From Octopus bimaculoides (taxonomy: Eukaryota), in contig NC_068996.1 of assembly GCF_001194135.2 (NCBI RefSeq), positions 47,677,879-47,741,878 on the forward strand: DNA of 64,000 nucleotides. The letters are read 5' to 3'. This document shows positions 24,989 to 36,353 of this stretch, in pieces. The position numbers were made by a program, and so were the translations under genes. Within the stretch, counting starts at the first letter, position 1. Each line of letters opens with the position of its first letter. The notes beneath the pieces were generated by a model. The model saw only the letters and a program-made list of their open reading frames with translations, made no database searches and was not told the DNA's origin.

Positions 24989-25704
24989 GGCAAGCCAAGT
25001 GAGACCATAATCCGAGGCCTCTGCCAGGGGTGTAGCCAGGGGTGTAGCCAGGGGTGTAGCCAGGGGTGTAGCCAGGGGTGTAGCCAGGGGTGTAGCCAGC
25101 CCACTTATGCATACCTTTCCTTCATTGGACACTAAACTTTGCTTGCGAAAACCTGTTGAGGTAAATGAAATCGAAATCGAACCAAATTCGATGACTGGTT
25201 GTGAAGACCTGTTGGGGCAAGTGAAATTGAAATTGCAATTGAACCAAATTCAATGACTGGCACCTGTGCCAGTGGAGCGCTAAGAGCACCATCCGAGCAT
25301 GATCATTGCCAGAGCAGCTGTCTAGCTTCCGTGCCAGTGGCATGTAAATAGCACCATTTGAGCGTGATCATTACTGGCGTCACCTTACTGGCACATGAAA
25401 AAACATTTAAGCAAGGTCGTTGCTAGCACTGCTGGACTGACTCCTGTGCAGGTGGCATGTAAAAAACACCATTTTGAGCATGGCCATTGCCAGTACCACC
25501 TGACTGGCCCTTGTGCCGGTGGCATGTAAAAGCACTCACTACACTCTTGAAGTGGTTGGCGTTAGGAAGGGCATCCAGCTGTAGAAACTCTACCAGATTA
25601 GATTGGAGCCTGGTGTAGCCATCTGGTTCGCCAGTCCTCAGTCAAATCGTCCAACCCATGCTAGCATGGAAAGGGGACGTTAAATGATGATGAAGATGAT
25701 GATG
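24989..25704 (+). mobile_element. Long family 3 retroposon copy containing a 12-bp x6 tandem and a ~55-bp internal duplication
   Basis: Ends in the family 3 tail and (GAT)n. (gccaggggtgta)6 at 25023-25094. aagacctgttg.gg..aa.tgaaat...aaccaaattc.atgactgg occurs twice in 25146-25260. Confidence 0.7.
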
Positions 25705-26013
25705 AGTACTGTATAATCCCCTTCCTAATACAGACCAATTTGCCAATTAAATTTCTTTGAACTCTAATGATTATCTTAAGAATTATCTCAAAATGGCATA
25801 GCTGTGTGGTAAGACGTTAACTTCCTGACCACATGGATCCAGGTTCAGTCCCACTGCATGGCAGCTTAGACAAGTATTTTCAACTATAACCAGTCAAGCT
25901 AGGCCTTGTGAGTGGATTTTTCAGGCAGAAACTAAAAAAGCCCATCATGTGTGTGTGTGTGTGTGTATGTACCACATGTCACTGGATGCCATTTATTGGC
26001 TTTTTACTTTGTA

Positions 26014-26227
26014 CAAGGGGGTGCTGAAAAGTTCCTGGTTTTAAGGGCATCGTGAAAGATCTGGCTGGAGGCCCAAAGTTCCAAGTTCTTTTACAGGGCT
26101 TAGAAAAACTGAACGACCACTGCAATTAGTGTGTGACTATGAGAGGGGAATATGTCGAATAAAATCATAATTAACTGATCCTCCTGTTTTTTCTTTTACC
26201 CAAAGCTAGGAACTTTTCAGCACCTCA
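26014..26227 (+). mobile_element. Mariner-derived MITE, copy 1
   Basis: TIRs ggtgctgaaaagttcctgg / ctaggaacttttcagcacc. The interior translates to LEKLNDHCN*CVTMRGEYVE*, a transposase C-terminus. Confidence 0.75.
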
Positions 26228-26234
26228 GATGGAT

Positions 26235-26268
<34 letters not shown>

Positions 26269-26463
26269 TCATCATCATCATCACCGTTTAATGTCTGCTT
26301 TCCATGCTGGCATGGGTTGGATGGTTTGACTGAGGGCTGGCAAACCAGAAGGCTACACCATGCTCCAGTCTGATCAGGCAAAGTTTCTACAGTTGAATGT
26401 CCTCCCTAATTCCAAGCACTCCAAGAGTGTAGTGGGTGCTTTTTACATTCCACTGGCATATGC

Positions 26464-26497
<34 letters not shown>

Positions 26498-26654
26498 GCA
26501 TAGATGGGTACAGGACGTCATCAACTGGAAACAACACGAAGTATGAAAACAAGCGAGTTAAATACGCAAACAAGAGAAAAACAAATTGAAAATAGGACAA
26601 GCAACACAAAGAATGACCCCTCATCAGTTGTCAGCTGTCTATCTACCCCTCATT

Positions 26655-26866
26655 GTGCTGAGAAGTTCCTGGATTTAAGGGTATTACGAAAGGTTTGGCT
26701 GGAGGCCCAACCTTCCGAGTTGTTTTACAGGGCGTAGAAAAACTGAAGGGCTTCTATAATAAGTGTATGAATCTGAAAGGGGAATATGTTGAATAAAATC
26801 ATAATTAATTGATCCTCCTGTATTTTCTCTTATCTAAAGCCAAGAACTTTTCAGTACCACCTCATA
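26655..26866 (+). mobile_element. Mariner-derived MITE, copy 2
   Basis: Homologous to 26014-26227 over its whole length. A further fragment lies at about 16243-16320. Confidence 0.75.
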
Positions 26867-26930
26867 GTGTCATGCATCCTATCTGAGAATAATTTCCTCT
26901 CTTTCTTCCATAGAAACAATAATGCCATGA

Positions 26931-27151
26931 GGCAGCGAGCTGGCAGAAATGTTAACACGCCAGGCGAAATACTTATCGGTATTTCGTCTGTCTTTACATT
27001 CTGAGTTCAAATTCCACCAAGGTCAACTTTGCCTTTCATTCTTTCGGGGTCGATAAATTAAGTACCAGTTACACACTGAGGTTGATGTAATCGACTTAAT
27101 CCCTTTGTCTGTCCCCTCTATGTTTAGCCCCTTGTGGCCAGTAAAGAAATA
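26931..27151 (+). mobile_element. SINE family 2, full length with target-site duplication
   Basis: Head ggcagcgagctggcagaaatgttaacacgccaggcgaaatacttatcggtatttcg. TSD agaaacaataatgccatga (26912-26930) / agaaacaatcatgctatga (27152-27170). Confidence 0.85.
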
Positions 27152-27200
27152 AGAAACAATCATGCTATGATGATAGAAACAATATTTATGGAGAAATTAA

Positions 27201-27762
27201 GGTAACGAGCTGATCAAAGTCTTTGCTTACTGGGAAAAATACTTAATAGTATTTCATTCTTTCTTACCTTGTTATGTTCAATTATTGTTGAGGTCAACTT
27301 TACTTTTATTTTGGGGGTTGATAAATTAAGTACCAGTTGAATCCTGGGGGTCAATCTATACAACTTACTCATTTCCCCCAAATTTCTGGCTTTGTGCTAA
27401 AATACAAAACCAAAGTTGCGAGGTGGTAGAGTCATCAGTACGACAAGCAAAATGCTTAGCAGCATTTTGTTCATTCCTACATTCTCAGTTTAGTTGCCAC
27501 CAAGGTCATTTCAGGGTGCTAAGATACAAAACCAGGGTGGCGAGGTGGCAGAACCATTAGCATGCTATGCTGGGCAAAATGCTAAGCGGCATTTCATCTG
27601 TTTTCATGTCCTGAGTTCAAATTCTGGCAAGGCTGACTTTGCCTTCCATCCTTTTGGAGTTGATAAAAGAAGTTCCATTTGAGTACTGGAGAGGAGTAAA
27701 ACTAATCGACTTAACCCCACCCACCTCAAATTGCTGGCCTTGTGCCAAAGTTTGAAACTGAT
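27201..27762 (+). mobile_element. Cluster of three family 2 SINE copies or fragments within one TSD pair
   Basis: Heads start near 27201, 27415 and 27537. Flanks are tttatggagaaattaa (27185-27200) and tttataggagaaataaa (27763-27779). Confidence 0.65.
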
Positions 27763-28215
27763 TTTATAGGAGAAATAAAGTCTCCAGTTTGGTGTCCATT
27801 CATTTCGTCTCTGTTGTACTCAAAAGTGATTTTGAATATATTTCTACATTTTGATTAAATATTAGGAGAGAGAGATAAAGAAAGGGGGAGAGAGAGATAA
27901 AAAGAGAGAGAGAGAGATAAAGAGAGAGAGATATAAAGAGAGAGAGAGATAAAGTGAGAGAGATAAAGTGAGAGAGAGATAAAGAGAGAGAGATAAAGAG
28001 AGAGAGATATAAAGAGAGAGAGAGAGATAAAGAGAGAGAGTGGGAAGAAGATTGCTTTTTGTACATTTTATTCTTGTCTTCCAAACATGAAGTAAAATTG
28101 GTTATTTATTTTCAATTAGATTCAATGATGTAGGCAGTTCAGTACACCTTGTCTAAATAGCAGCGTAATGTATATACATGCATAAAAACCATGCCTGTAC
28201 ACACACACAAACACA
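27763..28215 (+). repeat. Left arm of a long inverted duplication
   Basis: Reverse complement of 30812-31135 across both unique blocks and the intervening (GA)n and (CA)n tracts. Confidence 0.8.
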
Positions 28216-28980
28216 CACGCACGCACGCGTGCAAGAGGGTTTTAAATGTGGAAAAATCAAATGGTCATAGGAAAGGGGCTACTTCTCCTTCACTTACTAA
28301 ATAGCAAAAGAAAAAAAAAAGAAAAATTAAACACGTTTTTTTAGTGGTGGGGGTAAACAAGAGAAACAGGACCGTTTTTCTAAATAGTCCTTCACACTAT
28401 CTTTTAATATTATTTTTATTACTTGGCGCTTTGAATTCTTAGCTGTTAATTCATAATGACCATCTATCAATCTCATAATGTTACACATTTCTAATGCAGC
28501 AATAATTGAATATTTATTGGTATTGGAATGGTTGGTGGTTGTATGGCGCAAGAGGGAGGAATAAAGTATATTTTAGTTAGAAATGATAGGAGGTTCTGAT
28601 ATGCAATTCATTAGCATTGCTTCATATACCAAAAAGTACATAAGAACTTCACTCATAATCAAGCTTCACTTCAAGTGTCACTTAAACATTGAGATGGGTA
28701 CACAACCAATTAGTATCCAGAATTTTACATACCATGTTACTTCCCCTTAGGTTTGAATTAATACCCAACACAACTACTAAAACAACATCAATAAGATTAT
28801 GAATAAAAATCCAATTTATGTATCAAACAAAAGGAAAAAAAAAAAATTAAAAGCAATTATTTACATCCTAAACTTTTGTCATTTCCATCCAAAAGGCATT
28901 TTTCGAAACTAAGATTTACATACTATTATTTATAGCATTATCTACTTCAAGTTCCATCATTGAAAAAAGAATCTGCCAGC

Positions 28981-29176
28981 GCAGGCGTGGCTGTGTAGTA
29001 AGTAGCTTGCTTAACAACCACATGGTTCTGGGTTCAGTCCCACTGTGTGGCACCTTGGGCAAGTGTCTTCTACTATAGCCTCGGGCCAACCAAAGACTTG
29101 TGAGTGGATTTGGTAGACGGAAACTGAAAGAAGCCCNNNNNNNNNNNNNNNNNNNNNNNNNNNNNNNNNNNNNNNN

Positions 29177-29223
<47 letters not shown>

Positions 29224-29430
29224 GTGTGCATGTGTGTCTGTGTTTGTCCCCCCACCATCACTTGATAACCGATGCTGGTGTGTTTATGTCCCCGTAACTT
29301 AGCGGTTCGGCAAAGAGACCGATAGAATAAGTACTAGGCTTACAAAGAATAAGTTCTGGGGTCGGTTTGTTCGACTAAAGGCAGTGCTCCAGCATGGCCA
29401 CAGTCAAATGACTGAAACAAAATACAAGAA
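28981..29430 (+). mobile_element. SINE family 1, full length (gap inside)
   Basis: Head gcaggcgtggctgtgtagtaagtagcttgc and tail ...ggccacagtcaaatgactgaaacaa. Confidence 0.85.
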
Positions 29431-29879
29431 TAAAGGAAATTATATGTTAAGAACAAAATTTCATGATTACTTTGTTCTATTATATTTGTGATGTTTGATG
29501 GCTGCGTAAAGAAATGCCAATTTCTAAATGTGGAGGAACCCTACAGAAGAAGTAGACCCAAGAAGACATGGGACAAGGACATGAAGCATGGTCTTCAGAT
29601 GTTGGGTTTCACAGAAGCAATTGGTAATCGGTCAAGACCTTTGGTGATTCGCTGTGCTTGAGAAGATATGTCAAGCCAGGTGAAATTATAGTCATTGACA
29701 ATGCCAGTGACATGTAAAAGGCACCCACTAAATTCTTGGAGTGGTTAATATTAGGAAAAGCATCCAGTTGTCAAAACCAAGCCAAAGTCACACTGGAGCC
29801 TGGTACAGCACTCCAGCTTGCTAGTTCCAGTCAAACCATCTAATCCAGTAGTTCCCAAAGTGGGTGGTGGAAGAAAAGT

Positions 29880-29975
29880 AGAGCGATAATGGGGTAGTGA
29901 TTCATGTAAAAGATGGGGCAATAAGGGGTAGTGATTCATGTAAAAGATGGGGCGATAAGGGGTCGTGATTTATGT
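29880..29975. repeat. ~34-bp tandem repeat (about 2.7 units) following a hAT-like terminus
   Basis: Unit ggggtagtgattcatgtaaaagatggggc(a/g)ataa. cagtagttcccaaagtggg at 29846-29864 resembles CAGTGGTTCCCA hAT ends, as does tgggaaccactg at 7566-7577. Confidence 0.6.
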
Positions 29976-30204
29976 AAAAACAACAAAATAATGGGTTCGT
30001 TAGGTTAAGTTTTTGTTTGTGAAATACAGTTGCTTTGAATTTGCTTCAGAAAGAGGTCTATGTTTGTGATGGTTTATTGGGGTGAGGGCACTGGGAATGT
30101 GGTCAGAGTGTCAAGAGGGGGGGGGAGTTTTGAAATCTTTGATTTAACCCATGCTAGCATGGAAAACTGATGCTAAATGATGATGATGATAATATATATA
30201 TATA

Positions 30205-30480
30205 GGTCGTTACCAGTGCCGCTGGTGGCACGTAAAATACACCATTTTGAGCATGGCCGTTGCCAGTACCACCTGACAGGCCTTCGTGTCGGTGGCATGT
30301 AAAAGCACCCATTACGCTCTCAAAGTGGTTGGCATTAAGAAGGGCATCCAGCTGTAGAAACTCTGCCAAATCAGATTGGAGCCTGGTTTAGCCATCTGGT
30401 TCACCAGTCCTCAGTCAAATCGTCTAGCCCTTGCTAGCATGGAAAGCGGACATTAAACGATGATGATGATGATGATGATG
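30205..30480 (+). mobile_element. RTE-type family 3 3' end
   Basis: Same tail as 9787-10036, ending in (GAT)n. Further copies at 26270-26460(-), 38040-38480(-), 45905-46062(-), 48340-48620(+), 52285-52405(+), 54400-54700(+) and 61070-61170(-). Confidence 0.7.
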
Positions 30481-30811
30481 GTGTGTGTGTGTGTGTGTAT
30501 GTTTGTTTGTTTGCTTTTCAAGTAAAGGGCTCTATATATAGAAGAACATAAAACGTTTTATTATGAACTTCTTTTAGAAATNNNNNNNNNNNNNNNNNNN
30601 NNNNNNNNNNNNNNNNNNNNNNNNNNNNNNNNNNNNNNNNNNNNNNNNNNNNNNNNNNNNNNNNNNNNNNNNNNNNNNNNNNNNNNNNNNNNNNNNNNNN
30701 NNNNNNNNNNNNNNNNNNNNNNNNNNNNNNNNNNNNNNNNNNNNNNNNNNNNNNNNNNNNNNNNNNNNNNNNNNNNNNNNNNNNNNNNNNNNNNNNNNNN
30801 NNNNNNNNNNN

Positions 30812-30879
<68 letters not shown>

Positions 30880-31175
30880 ACAGGCACGTTTTTATGCATG
30901 TATATACATTACGCTATTTAGACAAGGTACGTTGAACTGTTTGCATCAGTGAATCTAACTGAAAATAAATAACCAATTTTACTTCATGTTTGGAAGACGA
31001 GAATAAAATATACAAAAGACAAACTCTCTCTCTCTCGCCTTATATTTAATAAAAATGTAAAAATATTTTCAAAACCGCACTTGAGTACGATAAGGAGGAA
31101 ATGAATGGGCACTGGAGACTTTTAATTTCTCTGTAAATATTATTGTTGTTGTTGCTTTGATCGTCATAGCATTGC
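30812..31175 (-). repeat. Right arm of the long inverted duplication
   Basis: Its reverse complement aligns to 27160-27200 plus 27763-28215. Confidence 0.8.
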
Positions 31176-31797
31176 TTTCGTTGAAGACGATGATGATGAT
31201 GATGATGATGCTTTTCTGTGTTGATTATAAAGTAGTTGCTAGTGATGACTTTGTTGTTGCAGTTGTTATTAATTTTTTTATCACCACCACCACCAAACAC
31301 CACCACCATCATTATTACCATCACCACACCACTAACAACAACATCTCCACCGTCACTATCATATTGTCTTTCAGTTCATGCCTTACTTGATATACCATTA
31401 AAAAATGTCAAAGTGATAGGAGAGTAACATGAAATAAAGTGATTTTCTCAAAAACACCACATGCTACCTGGTCCATGAATTCAAACCACGGTTTCAGGAA
31501 TGAAACTGCAGTTGTGCAACACCCTAACCACTGGGTTACACGACTTCGCAAATCTCTCTTGCATCCAGGGCCAAAGGACCACTCAACAAAGGATCACAAC
31601 TGATTATGAAAGGTACAACAAGTGGATGATAATTGCGATTATTTCATCTACTATTGGTTCATACAATTTTACATTTATTTCAGTATGGATTAGACAAGTG
31701 AGTTACTTAGGTATTGTTTTATAGCTAAATTCCTTTCCTGATGCCAACCAAAGCCTTGTGAATGGATGTGGTAGATGGAAGCTGAAAGAAGTCCATC

Positions 31798-31841
<44 letters not shown>

Positions 31842-31928
31842 TTAGATTCAAGGTGAATATGGTACTTAAGTTTAGACACCAGAATTAAGTATGCTATTAT
31901 CCAAACAATTCCAAAATAAGGTGATTAA

Positions 31929-32063
31929 AAATCAAAATAAGCAACAAGGATATTCAAAGTTAATGCAGTACGATTGTTTCATGTGACTCCATTTATTTAA
32001 TGGAGTCGCATGAAATGAATGTACTGCATTAACCTTCAATATCCTTGTTGCTTATTTTGATTT
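31929..32063. repeat. Fold-back hairpin, 65-bp arms and 5-nt loop
   Basis: aaatcaaaataagcaacaaggatatt...gactccatt-tattt-aatggagtc...aatatccttgttgcttattttgattt, with about 6-7 mismatches. Confidence 0.9.
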
Positions 32064-32086
32064 ATATATATATATATATATATGTA

Positions 32087-32177
32087 ATGAAAAATATTGC
32101 AATACAAATGTAACTTCTACCCTTATGGGACTTTATTTTACTGGAAAGTAATACATTTGTATTGCAATATTTTTCAT
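32087..32177. repeat. Perfect 26-bp inverted repeat with 39-bp spacer
   Basis: atgaaaaatattgcaatacaaatgta (32087-32112) / tacatttgtattgcaatatttttcat (32152-32177). Confidence 0.9.
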
Positions 32178-33204
32178 GGAAAACTTTTTCACTGTTCTCA
32201 TTCTGTTAACAGCTAAGTGTTCAGGTGAATGTATTGGTATTGATGTGGCAGCTGATGAAAACTGATCAAATTTACGTTGTCAAATGTATTTGAAGAGCCA
32301 AAAACCGGTGCTGCGTTATCCGGTTCTGGGTTGTCCATTTATTGAATGTTCTTCCTAGAGGTAAGACAAATGCTTCATGTTTGTTGCACACACACGTCTT
32401 TGTCAGTATATACGCAGTGAAGCTTGTCGTATTTGTATCGACTCCTATTTTCCAGTAAATATTGGTGCCTTGTTGTATCACTCATCTGTATTTATATATA
32501 TATGTATATATATATGTATTTATGTGTGTATCTTCATATGTGTTTGTCATCTCACTATTGCTTGACAACCAATCTTGGTGTGCTTAAACGAATGCATTGG
32601 GCTTCTTTTCAGAGCCAAATTTACTCACAAAGTTTTGGTTAGCTCAGTACTATGGTAAAAAAACACTTGTCCAGGTCGTTGCACAATGGGACAGAACCAA
32701 AATCCACATGGTTTGGAAGCATACTTCTTAACCATTCGGCCATGCCCGTGCTGACAGATAATTTTAGCCAGAATTAGTGTTTTTTTTTTTCCTTTCCTTG
32801 TTCCATCTATTGATTGGATTTTCCCCTAAAGACATTAATTTTTCTCCCATAAATAATTATTTCATTGAAAGTTATACTCTTTATGTATTTATATCTTTCT
32901 CACCACTTACAGAACTTTAATAACAAAAGGAATCACTGTTTCATCCATACCGTACAACACTACCGTCCTCACTTCTGTCTCTGAATCAAGTCGTGCTATA
33001 ATTGTTTTTGTCTGTTTCTTTCATTGATAGAATTGCTGTCTGCAGGTCATTACACATTTAACAATGTGAATTGTTCTATTATTTTTATGGTGTCTTATGT
33101 GTTATGTCAAGTGTCCAAGGTTTAATTGTCTATGTGCATTGCCATGCCTACAAGTATTATTGTTTTTTACTATTATCATTATTATTTTAATATTTTTATT
33201 ATTA

Positions 33205-34287
33205 TTAAGGCATTGAGTAGGCTCCTTTGTTAACATACTGACCAAAATGCTTAGTGGCATTTCATCTGTCTTTACATTCTGAGTTCAAATTCTGCCAAGG
33301 TTGAATTTGACTTCCATCCTTTTGCAGTTGATAAAATGAGTACCAGTTGAACACTGGGGTTGATGTAACTGACTTATTCCCTTTCATGAATTTGCTGGTC
33401 TTGTGCCAAAATTTGAAATCATCATCATCATCACCATCATCATGAAAATCCCCCTCACTTTATGCTGGTCTTTGTACTGTTCACCTCATCCTTCGCTCTT
33501 GAGGTAAATAAATGATATCATTAATATAACTATCATTATTATCATTGTTATTATTAAGATGGTGAACAGGCACTTTTGTTAGTAAATGCTGAACAAAATG
33601 TTCAGCAGCATTTCATTTGTCTTTTCATTCTGAATTCAAATTCCACTGAAGGAGAGTGCCTTTCATCCTTTTGAGATTGATAAATTAAGTACCAGGTGAG
33701 CGCTAGGGTTGATGTAACTGTCTAGGCCCCTCTCTCAAAATTTCGAGTGTGTCAATAGTAGAAAGATTATAATCATCATCATCATCATTATTATTATTTT
33801 ATTATTATTATTGAGTGAGAGAGCAGTGCATGCCATCAAAATGACACTGGGGTAAAATATACGAAGCCCACTATACCCATCATGACTACCCATCTGATAA
33901 GGGTACACCAGGCACATGCATCACAACCATGTGTGGTTGACATGGTGATTTCATATCAAGATAAACAGCGCATGACCTCGCAGGTGGGATCCAGTTAGAA
34001 TTTTCTTCAAGTTGAGTAGGCCATCCCGCTCAAAAGATCCCTGAATAAGGTTTGTTTAAGGATGTTAAATGAAACACCCATGTTTCCAGAGGTGTATTTT
34101 TCAAACCCCAAAGAATTCCTCGCAACACATAGCTATGATGCTCCCCCACTACTTCTGCTCATGATCAGAGATGCACATATCATCAACCACCAAGGGACAT
34201 GCTCAACTGGTTAAGGTCAAACAACTGACAAGCAAATCTGTGGTATTGAGCAGAATATTTGCTGTAGCTCATCTTTTTATACCAAGA

Positions 34288-34324
<37 letters not shown>

Positions 34325-34480
34325 ACTATCATCATTATTTTACTTCTTAGAGCTGTTGGTCTTACTTGCTCTGGTTGATTCTGTGAGAGCAGACAGCAAC
34401 CTGTTGCCAGAGGTCTCACAAGATTTCTTTCCACATATTATAAGCCTTAATACCAGGATGTTAACTTGTCATGAAAGACA

Positions 34481-34527
<47 letters not shown>

Positions 34528-34727
34528 GAATTGTTTGCATGCAGGACGAAATGCATAGCAGTATTTTGCCTGTCCCTATGCTCTGAGTTCAAATTCCATC
34601 AAGGTTGACTTTGCCTCCTTTCATCCTTTCGGGATTGATTAAATAAGTACCAGTGGAACACTGGGGTCGATGTAATAAACTAGTCCCCTCCCACAAATTT
34701 CAGACCTTTGTGCTCTCGGTTGGAGGG

Positions 34728-34768
<41 letters not shown>

Positions 34769-34970
34769 GATGGCAAACTGGCAAAATTGTCAGCATGTCA
34801 GACAAAATGCTTAGCAGCACTTCTGCTATATGTTCCAATTTCAAATGTTGCCAAAGTTTTTCAACCTTTCAGGGCCAATAAAATAGATGCAAGTTGTGCA
34901 TTGGGGGAGGGGAGGGGTCAGTGGAAAATTCCCCAAAGTTTCAGCCCTTGTGCCTACAGTTGAAAGGATT
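33205..34970. mobile_element. SINE cluster: family 2 (+) at ~33205-33420, 33555-33760, 34555-34730, 34770-34970; family 5 (-) at 33811-34289
   Basis: Repeated ttctgagttcaaattc...ctttcatccttt...gataaa.taagtaccag bodies separated by (ATT)n/(ATC)n tracts. Confidence 0.75.
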
Positions 34971-35321
34971 ATTATTATTATTATTATTATTATTGTTGTT
35001 GTTGTTGTTGTTGTTTAAGTCTGTCTTTTCAGAAGAATGGAAACAGATAAATGTGGGCACAGTTTTCACTAAAAATCTCAAAAGTGTTTTGATCTTTTCC
35101 CCATCTTGTATTATGACTTTCTTAATATTTCGACCATGACACACACAAAAAAAAAAAACTCTCAGCAAGAAAACAAATAAACACAACCAAAAATAAACAA
35201 TATCTCAGTAAACAGAACTGGTTTATCCAACTGGATGATAAATGTTGATGATAAATGAGAAATAAATTAGCAGAGTAAACTAACCAATTGCCATTAAGAA
35301 ATAACCCAAACAAAACAAAAA

Positions 35322-35565
35322 TACATTATTTACATTTGACGGATATTTGTCCTCATCTTGGTTTTTGTTAACACAACATTTCAGCTGATATACCCTCCAG
35401 CCTTCATCAGGTGTCTTGGGGAAATTTCGAACCTGGGTTCTCATTCCCAAGGTATTTTTCGATATTATTATTATTATTAATTATTATTATTCAGGTCACT
35501 GCCTGGAATCGAACTCAGAATCTTGGAGTTAGGTAGCCCGTGCTTTTAACCACTATGCCGTATGC
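35322..35565 (-). mobile_element. Second copy of the tRNA-head + (AAT)n + hammerhead element, without inverted arm
   Basis: Minus strand: gcatacggcatagtggttaaaagcacgggctacctaactccaagattctgagttcgattccaggcagtgacctg(aat)n atcgaaaaataccttgggaatgagaacccaggttcgaaatttccccaagacacctgatgaaggctggagggtatatcagctgaaatgttgtgttaac... Confidence 0.8.
35370..35415 (-). ncRNA. Minimal type I hammerhead ribozyme motif (family A)
   Basis: GACAC-CUGAUGA-A-GGCUG-gaggguauau-CAGCU-GAAA-UG-UU-GUGUU, with a G-U pair at the base of stem II. Confidence 0.65.
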
Positions 35566-35963
35566 AGATGATCAAATAAGATCATTTGAAAAAAACATAA
35601 CAATATTATGAGTGACAATCAAACTGAAGAGAAGATTTCTGCTGCTGTTTAACCCAAAGGTAATAATGAGTAAGATTAAGTAAGACTGTGATTAATGACA
35701 TCTCATGACTGACCATCCATTCTCTTTCCCAGATAAAGTGTATCTGAGACATTGTCCAACATTTCATTCCTATTTTTTCTGTACAGAGTGTGAGGTGTGA
35801 TTTTGGGGACATTTTCTTGTTTTATCAGAGGGGTTAAGTAACCATATAGAGGTCCTTCATTGGCTTGTTGAAGAGAAATGGTTGATATTGATGTTAGCCT
35901 TGTTTTGTTTTGAATATGTAATTTTTTTTACAAAATACTGAAACAAGTAAAAGAATAATAACA

Positions 35964-36353
35964 ACAAGAGCACTCAAAGAGCACAGACCTCTGCCAAGGC
36001 AACACCAACATCCTCTCATTGAGATGATTTGTAAGACAATGATTTTTAAGACCAGAATATCTGAAATAAACTCGACTGCTATCACAAATGAGAATACTAG
36101 AAACGAACCTGACCGCTCTCAAAAATTAAGTAAAAAAAAAAAAATAGAAAAATAATCCAGATTCCTTGTCCGGTACTAGATCGATCCTAAAATCTAATCA
36201 GTTCATGCCAGTCACGAGGCCAAACATCTCTGAAAGTTTCATCCAAATCCATCCAGCGATTCTTGAGATATCTTGTCCATGGACAAAAAAAAAAAAACAA
36301 GCAAACAAACATGACTGAAACAATACCTCCGCCTTCGCTAAGGTGAAAATAAT
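35964..36353 (+). mobile_element. Non-autonomous Helitron/Helentron-like (DINE-1/HINE-type) element
   Basis: 5' acctctgccaaggc. Near the 3' end tttcatccaaatccatccagcgattcttgagatatc, an (AAAC)-like tract and a degenerate hairpin cctccgccttcgctaaggtg. Classification is from recognition only. Confidence 0.4.

Noticed and set aside
24885-25132. PGYT- or PLAT-repeat proteins
   Set aside because: Products of the 12-bp tandem inside a retroposon; no start or splice context.
26590-26640. CUGAUGA-GGGG motif on the minus strand as a hammerhead
   Set aside because: No GAAA follows the putative stem II, so the core is incomplete.
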